Below, one piece after another: positions 15,198 to 28,145 of a DNA stretch of 64,000 nt; positions within the stretch are counted from its first letter, which is position 1; every line of letters starts with the position of its first letter. The DNA is from the human T2T-CHM13v2.0 reference genome, Homo sapiens. The stretch lies in assembly GCF_009914755.1 (NCBI RefSeq), contig NC_060929.1, one strand, 5' to 3'. The position numbers were made by a program, and so were the translations under genes. A model generated the notes under the pieces. The model did not search any database and was not told the DNA's origin. It saw nothing but the letters and a program-made list of their open reading frames with translations.

Positions 15198-18100
15198 AAT
15201 TGAATGAGGAAGAAATAGAAAGCTTGAACAGACCAAGAATGATTAAAAACATTAAAGAAGTAATCAAAAACCTTCCAACGGAGAAAAGTCTTAGACCAGA
15301 TGGCTTCATGGCTAAATTCTAGCAAACATTCAAAGAAATATAAATACTTCCAAACACATATTATGAAGCCAGTATCACCTCGATGATACCTAAGCCAGTC
15401 AAAGACCCCACAAAAAAGAAAACTACAGGCCAATGTCCCTGATTAACATTCATGCAAAATGCTCAATATAATATTAGCAAACTGGATTCAACAACACATC
15501 AAGAAGGTTATAGATAAAGACCAAATGGGATCTGTCTCTGGCATGCAAGCCGGGACTTAACAGTTGCAAATTAATCAATATGATATATCACATTAACAGA
15601 ATGGAAGATAAAAACAACATAATCTTCTCAATCGACACAGAAAAAGATTTTGACAAAGTTTAGCAATCTTTTTTTTGATACAAACTCTTAACAGTTTAGT
15701 TATAGAAGGAAAATTCCTCAACACAATAAAGTTTATTTTTGAAGACACCACAACTAACAGAAAACAACTGAAAGCTTTCCCATTACGATGTGGTACAAGG
15801 TGGGGATGCTCACTCTTACCCCTTTTATTCAACACAGAACTAGAAGTCCTATCAAAGACAGGTAGAAAGAAATAAAAGAAAAAGAAATAAAAGCCATGAA
15901 AATCGGAAAGAAGAAAAGTAAAATGATGTCAATTTACGAATGGCATATTCCTATCCAGAATATGGATTCCAAAAAAAAATTGTTCAAACTAATAAATGAA
16001 TTCAGTAAATTTACAGGTATAAAATCAACATACAAAACTTAGTTGGATTTCTCTGCACACATAATAAACTATCTAAAAAGAATCAAGAAAACTATCCCAT
16101 TTATGATAGTATAAAAATAGTACCAAGAAATAAATTCAACCAAGGATGTGAAATACTTGTACACTGAAAACTGCAGAGCATTGATGAAAAAAATTGAAGA
16201 AGAAACAAATAAATGAGAAAATATCCAATACCTATAAATGGGAAAAAAATTAATATTGTAAAAATGTTCATACTACCCAAAGCAATGTAAAGATTTAATG
16301 CAATTCCTATCAGAATAATACGTCATTTTTATGGAAGTAGAAAAAAGCAATTCTGAAATTAATATGAAATCACACACACACACGAAAACAGAATAGCCAA
16401 AGCAATATAAGAAAAAAATGAAGTTACAGATGTAGCATTTCCTTATTTAAAATTATATTACAAAGCTATAGTTATCAAAAGAATGATACCTGCATAATTA
16501 CAGAAACAGCCCAGTGGAACAGAATACAGAACTGACACAGTTTAGCTGTAATAATGCCCATGTATCAAGGGCAGGACCTGATAGAGATAATTGCATCATG
16601 GAGGCCGTTTCTCCCACATTGTTTTTGAGATAGTGAGTAAGTTCTCATGAGATCTGATGGTTTTATAAGGGATTTCCCCCTTGGCTTGGCACTCATTCTC
16701 TCTCCTGCCGCCCTATGAAGAGGAGCCTTCTGCATGATTGTAAGTTTCCTGGGGCCTCCCCAGCCATATATAACTGTTAGTCAATTAAACCTCTTTTTTT
16801 TAAATAAATTACTCATTCTTGGGTATTTCTTCATAGCAGTGTGAGAACAGACTAATACAGTAAATTGCTACCACAGAGAGTGGGGTGCTGCTATAAGGAT
16901 ACCCGAAAATGTGAAAGTGACTTTGTAACTGGCTATCAGTCAGAGGTTGGAACAGTTTGGAGGGCTCAAGAAAAGACAGGAAAATGTGGGAAAGTTTGAA
17001 ACTTCCTAGAAACATTGAGGGCTCAGAAGACAGAAGAAATATGGGAAGGTTTGAAACTTCCTAGACACTTGTTGAATGGCTTTGACCAAAATGCTGATAG
17101 TGACAATAAAGTCCAGGCTGAGGTGATATCAGATGGAGATTAGGAAATCGTTGGAAACTGGAGTAAGTGTCACTCTTTCTATGCTTTAGCAAAGAAACTG
17201 GCAGCTAATTGCCCCTGCCCTAGAGATCTGTGAAACTTTGAACTTAAGAGAGATGATTTAGGGTATCTAGTGGAAGAAATTTCCAAGCAGCAAAGCATTC
17301 AAGAGGTGACAGAGCATAAAAGTCTGGAAAATTTGCTGCCTGACAATGCAGTAGAAAAGGAAAAACCAATTTTCTGGAAAGAAATTTAAGCCCATTGCAA
17401 AAATTTGCATAAGTAATGAGGAACAAAATGCTAATCACCAAGACAATGGGAAAAATGTCTCCAGAGCATGTCAGAGACCATCACAGCAGCCCTTTCCATC
17501 AGAGGTCCAGAGGGGTAGGATGGAAAATTGGTGTCCTGGGCTGGGTCCAGGGCCACCCTACTGTGTGCAGCCTCAGGACTTGGTGCCTTGCATCCTAGCC
17601 ACTGCAGGTGTGGCTAAAAGGGGTCAAGGTACAGCTCTGGCCTTTGCTTCAAGGGTGTAAGCCTCAAGCCCTGGTGGCTTATATGTGGTGTTGGGCCTTC
17701 AGATGCACAGAAGTCAAGAATTTATGTTTGGGAACCTCTGCCTAGATTTCAGAGGATGGATGAAAATGCCTGGATGTCCAGGCAGAAGTTTGCAGCAGGG
17801 GTGAAACCCTCATGGAGAACCTCTGCTAGGTCAGTGTGGAAGGGAAATGTGGGGTTGGAGTCCCCAAACAAAGTTCCCACTGGGGCACTAACTCGTGGAA
17901 CCACCATCCTCCAGACCTCAGAATGGTAGATCCACTGACAGCTTGCACCAATCACCTGAAAAAGCCACAGGTGCTCAATGCAAGCAGTGAAAGCAGCCAG
18001 GAGGGAGACTGTACCCTGCAAAGCCACAGGGGTGAAGCTGTCCAAGGCTGTGAGAGCCCACCTCTTGCATCAGCAAGACCTGGATGTGAGATATGGAGTC

Positions 18101-20305
18101 ACAGGAGATCATTTTGGAGCTATAAGATTTAATAATTTCTTGTTGAATTTTGGACTTGCCTGGGGCCTGTAGTCCCCTTGTTTTGGCCAATATTTCCCAT
18201 TTGGAATGGCTGTATTTACCCAATGCCTGTAGCCCATCGTATCTAGGAAGTAACTAACTTGCTTTTAATTTTACAGGCTCATAGGTGGGAAGGATTTGTC
18301 TCATGTCAGATAAGACTTTGGACATGGACTTTTAGGTTAATGCTGGAATGAATTAAGACTTTGGGGGACTGTTGGGAAGGCATGATTGTGTTTTAAAATG
18401 TGAGCACATGAGATGTGGGAGGGGTCAGAGGTGACGTGATATGGTTTGGCTGTGTCCTCACCCAAATTTCATCTTGAATTGTAATAATCCCCACTTGTCA
18501 AGGGTGAGATAATTGAATAAGGAGATAATTGAATCATGAGAGGGGATTCCTCCATACTGTTCTCATGATAGTGAGTGAGTTCTCACAAGATATGGTGGTT
18601 TAATAAGGGGCTTCCCTTTTTACTTGGCATTCATTCTCTCTCCTGCAACCCTGTGAAGAGGTAGCTTCTGCCATGATTATAAGTTTCCTGAGGCCTACCC
18701 AGCCATGAATAACTGTGAGTCAATTAAATCTCTTTTCTTTATAAATTACCCAATCTTGAGTATTTCTTCATGGCAATGTGAGAATGAACTACTACGAGAG
18801 CCCAGGAATAAATCAAAATGTGTATGGAAAATTAATTTTTGACAAGGGCACCAAGGGGACACTATAAAGACAGGATAGTCTCTTAAATAAATGGTGCTGG
18901 GAAAACTGGATTTCCACATACAAAAGAATTAAATTGAACCATTATCTTACACTATACAGAAAAATTAATTTGAAATGGATAAAAGACCTAAATGTAGGAC
19001 TTGAAGTCATAAAACTCCTACAAGAGAACATAGGGAAAAAAAATCTCCTTGACAGTCTTTAAGTTCTTGGTGATCAATTTTTTTGGCTATCACACCAAAA
19101 GCTCAGGCTACAAATACAAAAATAAACGAATGAGACTACATCAAATGAAAAGCTCCCGCATGCCAAAGGAAACAATCAACACAACAAAGAGGCAACCAAA
19201 ACACTGGGGAAATATATTTCCAAACCACATATCTGATAAGGGAAGGGATTACTATCCAAAATGTATAAATAACTCCTATTATACAATTCAATAATAAAAA
19301 TACAAAAACTGAATTAAAATGAGCAAAAAACCTGAACAGATCTTTTTCAAAATTAAAAACAACACATAAAAGTAGCCTACAGGTATATGGAAAGGTGCTT
19401 AACATCACTAATCAACAAGGAATGAAAATAAAAATCACTGTTAAATTTCACCTCACACCCAAAAGAATGACTATGATCTAAAAGGGAAGAGATAACACAT
19501 ATTGACAAGAATATAGAGAATAGGAAACCCTAATACATTGTTAGTGTGAATGCAGATATATATAGCCATTATGGAAAGCAATGTGTAGGTTTCTTAAGCA
19601 ATTAAAAATTGAAGTATCAGATGATCCAGCACTGCTCCCCTCTCTTTCTTTTTCTTGGTATGTATGCAAAGGAGATGAAATAGTCACACCTAAAGATATC
19701 TGGACTCCTGTGTTCATTGCAGCATTTTTCATAATAGCCAAAATATGGAAACAAACTAAATGTCCATCAATAGACATTTAGTTACAGATATGTAGTATAA
19801 ATGAAATGGAGTATTATTCAGCCTTAAAAATAAGGAAACCCTGCCATTTGCCACAACACGGATGAAGCTGAAGGACATAATGATAAGTAAAATAAGTCAG
19901 ACACAGAAAAAAAAATTGCATGCATGATCTTACTTGTATTTGGAATATTAAAAAAAATCTCAAATACACAGACAGAGGGGAAAAAAGTAGTGGTTTCTAC
20001 GGGAAGGGAGGAGGGTGATGAGGAAATGAAATGAAGTAGGCAAAAAATACAAAATAGCAGATATGTAGCATGAGCAAGTTTAGAGAGCTAATGTACAACA
20101 TTAGTGAGAACTAATGTTAATAAAATTGTATTGTATTAGAAATTTTTGTTAAATAGATTTTAGCTGCTCTTATCACAAAAATGTATGTGAGATGATAAAT
20201 GTGTTAATCTGTTTTACATTAGTAACCATTTTACTATCTATATGTATCCCATAAAATCATGTTGTAAACCTGAAATATAAACATAAAAATTTATTTTTTA
20301 AAAAA
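15198..20305 (+). mobile_element. 5'-truncated L1MA (L1MA6/7-like), split by a THE1 provirus
   Basis: ORF2-like peptides (LNEEEIESLNRP, LKAFPLR.GTR.GC.LLPLLFN..LEVL, TPVFIAAFFIIAKIWKQTKCPS); sequence resumes colinearly at 18797; L1MA 3'UTR ends near 20305. Confidence 0.9.
16533..18796 (+). mobile_element. Complete THE1C/D-type ERVL-MaLR element (LTR-int-LTR)
   Basis: 5'LTR 16533-16859 ends actaataca; internal region starts gtaaattgctacca and ends in a polypurine tract (gggaggggtcagagg); 3'LTR 18437-18796 starts tgatatggtttggctgtgtcc; 5-bp TSD agaac/agagc. Confidence 0.95.
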
Positions 20306-21120
20306 GAGTATCTGATAAATATAATATGAAATAGCAAACAAAACATGACCTAAAATGAAGAACTAGGGAAGTGTGGTATCCAAGAGTATATAGACAAAAG
20401 TAGGAATCAATGGATTATATTAATAATCATAAGCCAGATGAAGTGATCAGAATATTCTCTGTTATTTTTGAGGAAATGTCCTGATATTCATAATACATGT
20501 CCATATTATGAAGGAATAATTTTTGCTTTCTAATGGTTTCTGGAAGATTCAGAAAACATATATAATTAGTATAGTTTATTTGAAAAAATGAAGAGTGATT
20601 TTCTGCCAAACCTTTGACTAACTTTTGCAGAATACTCTCATAATAAGCAGATATTATTGTTCTTTGGCCCTCCAGAGAGTAAACAAAAGAAATGCCATGA
20701 GCAGACCAAATAAATAAACAAGTAAAACCTGTTGTGATGACTTTTGCTCTCAATTGGTCCACTTTTGCTTTGACTGGACCATTTTTACCTCTTGGTAACC
20801 ATTGCTCTGATGGTGCCTTATTTTCAGGATCATACCAGGAAAGCCATGTTTGATCTCTTGTTACAATTCTTTGAAGAAATGCTACAGGATCTTGATCCCA
20901 TTTGTTTAAAATTTCAATGGAAAACTCTGTTCTTATGTGCAGCAGTTTATTTCGGTGCAACAATTTTAGCACCCATTGAGTGAAAGATTTGCTAAAGTTT
21001 ATGTTTTCAGTTAGAATTGCATAAGTTGAACTAATTGAGATGTCTATGGTGTTGGCTACTATTCATGCTGCTAATTGTTGGTTCTTTTCAATTATGGCAC
21101 AAATGAAATTATTTTTTTCT

Positions 21121-21420
21121 TCACTCCTGTAATCTCGGAACTTTGGGAGGTTGAGATGGGAGAACTGCTTGAGCCTAACAGTTCAGGACCAGCCTGTACA
21201 ACACAGTAAGACCTTATCCCTACAAAAATTTACATAAAAATAGTTGGGCATGGTGGTATGCACCTGTAGTCCCAGCTACTCAGCAGGCTGAGGTGGGAGA
21301 AATGCTTGAGTCTGGGAGGTTAACACTACAGTGAGCTGTGATTGCACCCCTGCACTCCAGCTTGTGTGACAGAGTGATATCCTGTCTCAGAAGAAAAAGA
21401 GAAAGAGAGGAAAAAAAAAA
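21121..21420 (+). mobile_element. AluJ, slightly 5'-truncated
   Basis: J-type features (tgcttgagcc, gaccttatccctacaaaaa, gtgagctgtgattgcacc); high divergence; A/G-rich tail. Confidence 0.88.
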
Positions 21421-21553
21421 CAGAATGGAAGGTAAGAAAGAAGAAAGGAAGGAAGGAAGAAGGGATGGAGGGAGGGAGGGAGGGAAGAAAGAAGGAAGGA
21501 AGGAAGGAAGGAAGGAAGGAAGGAAGGAAGGAAGGAAGGAAGGAAGGAAGGAA
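21421..21553 (+). repeat. Purine-rich Alu tail with a (GGAA)15 microsatellite
   Basis: 15 uninterrupted GGAA units at 21494-21553, preceded by imperfect GGAA/GGAG units. Confidence 0.97.
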
Positions 21554-22686
21554 AAATAATTTATGAAGATGGGCTGCCATGCAGGCTTTGTCTTAAAATC
21601 ATCTTAACCCTTCTAAAAAAAGTTTTCTATCTGTAAACTGCTGATTTCTTTGTCTCCATAAACTTTTCAAAAAGCATCAGTGATTTTCCCATTCTTTAAC
21701 CCAGGTTTAATGTTTATTTTTGTCTCAATTTTAGCAGAAAGCATGATGCTGTGATAGGGGCTGTTCTCAAACTGATGTCATCCTTCTTAATGCCTAAAAC
21801 TAGGTCCCTTTAGGACACAGTAACAAGTGAGTATGAGTTTAATTTGGTGCAAAAAATATTGAAATCCATGCACAGTTTCATAATAATGTTTATTAAACAT
21901 ATGTTGATCCTTATTAACAGAATCGTTGTGATAGTGATATTTGCCCTTACTCTCAGCTTTGGCTAGGCCACAGAATTTAGACAACAAATTAGAGGAAACA
22001 GAAATAAAACCACACTTAACCGTGTCAAAGAAAAAGTCCCCTGTCTTGACAGTGCAGAGTAGAAAAATAAATTATGTAAGAAAAGCTTTACATGTTCTTA
22101 CATCACCTGTATGTTGAAGAATCCCTTTTAATATATCCAAATTTGTTTTTGTCACTCACTGCCTTTTTAAAATATACTTAGTGAAGTAACTGTCGGGGCG
22201 TTTCTTCTCACTTATAAATACAATTTGTTCTAGAGGCACTTTTATTGTTATCACAGACACAATTTAGTAATTAGAATGTTCAATCCAATATATTAATTTC
22301 AACTCTGAATTTGAATTTAATAGCATATTTCTAATCCATTCAAACCAGCCTGTTTTAAGCTGTAAGCCTTCAGGATTAAAAACGGGTATAGTGAATTTTT
22401 TATTTTTAAAGTTCTCTTATTTAAAAAAATCCCTCTCCTGCCTTCTTTTATAGACACTATTTTCAAATTAATGGCATTTCTTGTTTTAACTATCATTGAG
22501 CACTAGGGGCATGACATACATTTGGGGAGAGCTTCTTCTGTGAATTCTTCTGAGGTTTGCTGCTAGCCTCTTCTCTTTTGCCATTCTCTTGACCATGGCA
22601 AATTAACCTCTATTCTAACTGATCTTGACCACTCTTTCCCGAGCTCTGGGGATGCATCTTTAGCTTTTTGCTGCTAAGTTCCCTCC

Positions 22687-22705
22687 ATGACTCCAGGTGG
22701 CGCTA
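22687..22705 (+). promoter_or_regulatory. Candidate CTCF binding motif
   Basis: ATGACTCCAGGTGGCGCTA versus consensus TGGCCACCAGGKGGCGCTA; the 3' 13 nt match; motif only, no binding data. Confidence 0.45.
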
Positions 22706-23611
22706 TTGGACAAAAGTCAAGATGGCTTGCTCTTTGCACAGTTCAAGTCCACTACGAGAGAACCGTAAAAGCATTCATTGTTAAAACACATCCAGGGAGT
22801 GCAGGCCCATCCCAAAGCAGTGACCTTCTCTAAAGAGATATATTAAGTCCTTTTCTCTTGTGCAAGGGTTCCGAGGTGAGAGTCAGACTTAGTTCGTTCT
22901 GCCTCCTAGATGAAAGAATTGTATATTAAGCTCTGCATAGATCTCTGTGAGAGTCCACACCCCAGAAGAATGTTTGAGTCCAGGGATCAAGCCCTCCTCT
23001 CTGTAGGAGAGGAAATGAATATCACATCATATTCTTATCTAAAGATATCTTCTTCCCAATATCTTCAATAAAAAAAACTTCTCTCCTTTTTCTTTCTCTT
23101 GCCTTTCTTACATACTTGAGGTGAATGAATCCCAACCCTGATACCAATTGTATTATTATCTTATATTTACTTTGTATATTCCACACATGGTGATTTGCCC
23201 TGGAATTTTATATTTACTATACTTTTTAGATGTATAGTAAATATACATTTATAGATGTAGATGTACTATAGTAGAAATACATTTATATCAACTACACGTT
23301 GGAGTCATTTATGAAATCTCGAAATTAGTAAGCTCTTATTATAAAATTAACAAGCTGTTACTTACAAAATTTTAATCATATAATAGTGAAATGACACTGG
23401 CTTCATAAGGCATCTTGCATACTTAACTATATCTAGATGCACTTAGGAGAAGCATTTGAGCAAGAACATGCCAGGAGATTCAGTGAAGCATAAAAGAATC
23501 AGGCACAGGCCAAAAGAGACAATCTGTTTCTGACACTTACAATCCTGGAATAGGTGTTCTATTGAAAGAGAGCAATTCTGCTTATTATAAAATAGTTTCC
23601 TGCAGGACTTG

Positions 23612-23663
23612 TTCATTCATTTATTCACTCATAAAATAAACATAAATATCTTGTAGGTACCAA
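23612..23663 (-). mobile_element. L2 3'-end fragment (probably continues at 25151-25240)
   Basis: ttcattcatttattcactca...aaatatcttgtaggtacc is the typical reversed L2 tail; split by MER52. Confidence 0.5.
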
Positions 23664-25150
23664 TGACGGCAGTGGGGCCCATCTAGAGCAGCCACTGTGA
23701 AGATGCTGTCTGTGGCGGGGGAGGCCTAGTCAGGGCTGCGCACTCCAGCTGGTGGAGCCAGGAACAGGCAGAAACCCCTCCTGTTTCTGAGTTGGTGGGG
23801 CAGGAGCACCGCCCTCCTGGGCACAGATGCAGTCACCCAGCCGCGGCTGTGGACCCAGGTATCCCTGCACTCTAGGGGACCTGGGAAGTCCCCTGCCCCC
23901 CACAGATTCAGAAGTGCCTGCTTCCACTGCATGGCCTCACCCTACTCCCAGTGCCCGATTCAATTTCAAAGCAAAATTGAGGTTGAGTCAGGATGCTGTC
24001 ACCACCCAGCCAGGTGTGCATGTGCTCAGGACAGCACTGACACACCAGCACCCTGTCACCTTCGTGCCCTCTGAGCTTTGGGCACCAATGACCATGGGAG
24101 TGAGGCTGAGGGGGGGGCTGAGGGCAGCTAAATGTGGGCATGCAGGTATCCTTCAGCACGAATAGCCTGGGAGCCACTGGCACTATGGATAGCAGGTTTA
24201 TGGTCGTAGGAGGCAGACAGTCTCCAGGGCAAAAAGGGGCAGGTCCCCAGTAAAGCCCCACCTTCAAGCCAGGGAGGTACTGAAGCATGGGGCTGGGCTG
24301 CCAGTTCTGTGGACTGGAGTGAGAACTTACAGTGCTTTTACCAGGCCTGCCCATGGTCACCCATGGACTATGCAGCACGTGTTTTCTCCCCTCTGAAACC
24401 TGTAGAAACCCCAGAATCAGCCACAGGGAGATGATGAGATGACCTGCCTGTAAAAGGCGCTACCCACTTCAGGTCTCCTGAGAACTGTACTATCGCTTAA
24501 TAAAATACCTCTTTGCCTAGCTCACTCTCCAGTTATTTGCATACTTCATTCTTCCTGGACATGGACAAGAATTCAGAACCTGCTGAATAGTGTGACTGAA
24601 AGAACTGTAACACAAACAAAGCTGAAACACACCCCTTGCTCACCACGTTGTGGGTGAAGAGAAGGAGAGAAGAGGGAAAAAGAGAAGAGCTGCAGCCCTT
24701 TTGGGAGCCCAGACATAGGAGCTCCTTGAGCCAGGGCTGTGACACCCCCTTTGGGGCAATGTGGTTCCTGGCATCGTCAAACTTCTGGGCACCACTGCAT
24801 TGCCCAGTGCCAGCAGTGGAAGCTGCTTGTGGTACGCCTGGTCCAGCTGCAGCCTCACAGGGAGCTGGCTCCCGTGCTGGCACCTGGAGCTGTCCACCTG
24901 CGGCAGCCAGAGTGCCTCGCTGTGAGCCGCAGCTGGACCCCACGCTCGCTCACTCACTCTCCCCTCACCGCTTTGTGCCTTGCTTGCCCTTGGCAGGTGT
25001 GGGATCTGGGCCAGTATCACAAGCTGAGCACAGCCTGACAAGCTGAATGGGTAGAACGAGCCCAATGTGCCTGAGCAAAACTGAGGCAAAGGCGCCACCA
25101 GCTACGGAAGCTTCCGGCTGGCAAAGCAACACTCTGCGTATCCCGTGACA
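23664..25150 (+). mobile_element. MER52 (ERV1) solo LTR
   Basis: GC-rich 1.49 kb block with tgacggcagt...tcccgtgaca termini typical of MER52, AATAAA near 24499, 4-bp TSD ccaa/ccca. Confidence 0.88.
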
Positions 25151-25779
25151 CCCACCTGTATGCAGTGAGCTAACACGCTGTGCAAGAATAACAAACATTA
25201 GTCAGATTTAACAGAAATAGTGATATAACCTTTCTAAGGAAAAGTTCATTTGGTATCCTCCAAGCCTTATTAGAAAAGTTTAAAAGTAGCATTGTAAAAT
25301 ATTCAATGCAGGAGCATAATCATGTTTGCCTTCTGATCTGCTACTTAATGTTGGTTTAAGTTGCTTACAGTAAGTCCTAGCTATGATTTGAGATGTAAAT
25401 TTTTATTCAGTTACTGATTTCCTCAGAATTTCAAATGAAAATTCAAGCCAACAGAAATAAATCACTTTAAAAATTATCTGAGCTTTTCATGGCACAATTT
25501 GGTGATCTCAAAGACATAGTCATAGCATTTAAGAGAAAAATATTTCACTTTCTTTCAGTGATGACAAATTATTTAATTATAAAGTTAATTACACAAAAAC
25601 ATGAAACTAGTAATCAATTCTCTAATATATTATTTATACAAATGCAATATCAAAAAGTTACTAATTAAGTATAAACATTAAAATATTGATGAATTAGATG
25701 ATAAATTAACATAATATCATATTAATATAAAGGTTTGATGGTTTGCTGAAACTAAATCCCCACTTAAAACACAAAAACA

Positions 25780-26089
<310 letters not shown>

Positions 26090-26511
26090 GTGTTGCTACA
26101 TTGGCGTGGGTTTTGTTGAATTTAGCATACTTCCTTTAGTGTCTGGTATGTGATGCTTCCATTCTTTCAACAGCTTTAATTTTCCTGTTCAAACAACTGA
26201 ATTTATACAGTATTCAATGGGGTTCCATGGTCTTGGTGTAGCAACAATATATTATTTAATTATTTGTTGGCCTCTGTTTTTTCCACCTTAACCTGAAAAC
26301 ATAAAAGAGTAAAATGATTTGTTAATTCAATGAATCATAAACATAAAGGTAAATCCATTTACTGAACTCATACTATAATGCAGCCATTATAGTTATAATT
26401 GACTCTGTAGTCCTAAGTTAGTCATTGGAAGGATGCAGAACAGACTAGTACTAATTGTTTAAACCTATAATTGAAGTAGATGCGTATACTTAAAACTTTT
26501 TCAGGACAATA

Positions 26512-26590
26512 ACTAAGAAGGAGGATAAAAAGGAAGAAGAAGAGAAGGAGAGAGAAAGAAGGGGAGGTAAAAGAAGAAGGAAGAGGAAAC
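26512..26590 (+). repeat. GA-rich low-complexity tract
   Basis: Near-pure purine run of aag/gag units. Confidence 0.75.
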
Positions 26591-26805
26591 TTTCAGAAAC
26601 TTTAGGAACATATGGCTCCCTGAGAGACAAGGATTTAGACATTGGGGTACCTTTGTACTCAGGTTAGTTTATGAAACAGTATTTTATTTTATATTAGGCT
26701 CTAAAACCAATGTATTTCTTTTTAGTTTTATGTTCTTATTTTGAGATATTTGACATATATATATGACATGTGTATAAGTTACAAAGCACAAAAGAGTGAC
26801 TGAAG

Positions 26806-26882
26806 GGCTGGGCACAGTGGCTCATGTCTGTAATCCCAGCATCTCAGAAGGCTGAGGTGGGAGAATCACTTGAACTTGAGAG
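26806..26882 (+). mobile_element. Alu/FLAM left-arm fragment, 3'-truncated
   Basis: ggctgggcacagtggctcatgtctgtaatcccagca...ggctgaggtgggagaatcacttgaac stops abruptly with no tail. Confidence 0.8.
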
Positions 26883-27580
26883 TAAGCTCTGAAAGTATCT
26901 CATCTAGATATGTGCTAAATGCAGGTACCATAGCTGGTCTGTTCAAATTCTACCTAATTACTTTTTATCAGATATATGTAATATTGAAATTTACTTTTCA
27001 GGCAACTAAGAGTTTGCATACAAACAAAGAACAATGAACACGAAAACAGAATTTTAATGAAAAGCTTGTTGTTCACACATTGGCAGCTATTTCAAAATGC
27101 ATTACAAAACTTTATGTCAATCAAATAAATTACATATATGAGTTTAAAATAATCATAAATATTTCCTCATATTATTGAGTTTTTCTGGCTCATATAATAT
27201 TTTTATGCAGGAAAGAGGTTTGGAAATCAAATAATATCTTCTTATTTTCATTTTTTATGTTCCTTTGTCTCAATACATATTTTGCATAGCAGGAGATGAT
27301 CAGCTTGGTATAATGTTGTCACGAGTTTGAATTAATAATATATTACAGATACATCAGTTTATACAGGAAGATTCTAGTTACTGAAATCACGACATTTTAC
27401 AGTCCCTTGGTTCTACTTCTTTTATTCAAAGATATTTGAAAGTGAAGTTATTAACATTAGAACTGTTTTGACAGAGGTGGATACATAACCTAAATTTAAC
27501 CAATCTAATTGCCCAGCATAAAAATGTAAAATGAGGACTGTTCATATGGATTGGTTATGAAAGATAGTGGCCTGCAGGAG

Positions 27581-27729
27581 CTAGCATCTATCAACTATGA
27601 GAATAGGGGAACAGAGAAGACTAGTGGTGGCCAGCATCTATCAACTATGAGAATAGGTGGCCAGCATCTATCACTAAGTGGTGGCTAGCTTCTATCAACT
27701 ATGAGAACAGGGGAACAGAGAAGACTAGT
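27581..27729. repeat. Complex local tandem duplication (4 partial or full copies)
   Basis: cyagcatctatcaactatgagaa unit at 27581, 27631, 27661 (partial) and 27685. Confidence 0.92.
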
Positions 27730-27969
27730 CCAGAGAGAACAAAGATTTAAGCAAAGGAGAGAAAGAAAAATGAAAATGGAAATGAACTTCTACGTGCTTT
27801 TATGGCATAGCTTCAATCCCTTCTTGAGTACTTCCTGACTTTGTTTGTGGTCCATTTTTTTAGTACTTCACCTTTTATTTCTTGAATTTGTTTTGTTATT
27901 TGCAAACACAGGGCCCCAATTAATTTTAATCTAAGCGTTGGATAAACACATAAAAGTGAAATTTCACTA

Positions 27970-28145
27970 CTAGCATGATTATTCCTGCCAGATCTACTGT
28001 GTACATCTAAGTAAGTTATTTGACTTGTTTTGTATAAATCCAAGAAACAATGTTCCTATCTGTTGTACCAATTACATGAATTAATACTTGTAAAATGCTT
28101 AGAATAGTGCCTTGCACATAGTAAACACTATGTAAGTGTTGGCTC
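27970..28145 (+). mobile_element. MIR SINE
   Basis: aagttatttgactt and the MIR 3' end taatacttgtaaaatgcttagaatagtgccttgcacatagtaaacactat. Confidence 0.75.

Larger units (their letters stand above)
20597..21885 (-). mobile_element. Hsmar2 mariner DNA transposon relic (transposase pseudogene), interrupted by an Alu
   Basis: Minus ORF has EILNKWDQDP.AFL.RIVT.D.TWL..YDPE.KA.S.QWLPRG..GPVKAK and LEGQRTI.SAYYES.L.KL, the Hsmar2 transposase; degenerate start near 21744; truncated before the HDNA motif; no intact TIR seen. Confidence 0.92.

Noticed and set aside
21326-21580. PSFL- and GRKE-repeat ORFs
   Set aside because: Translations of the GGAA microsatellite and Alu.
23726-25198. Overlapping ORFs up to 156 aa
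   Set aside because: Inside the MER52 LTR with no gag/pol/env similarity.
27581-27729. CRISPR-like repeat-spacer array
   Set aside because: No unique spacers, irregular period, no cas genes, eukaryotic context.
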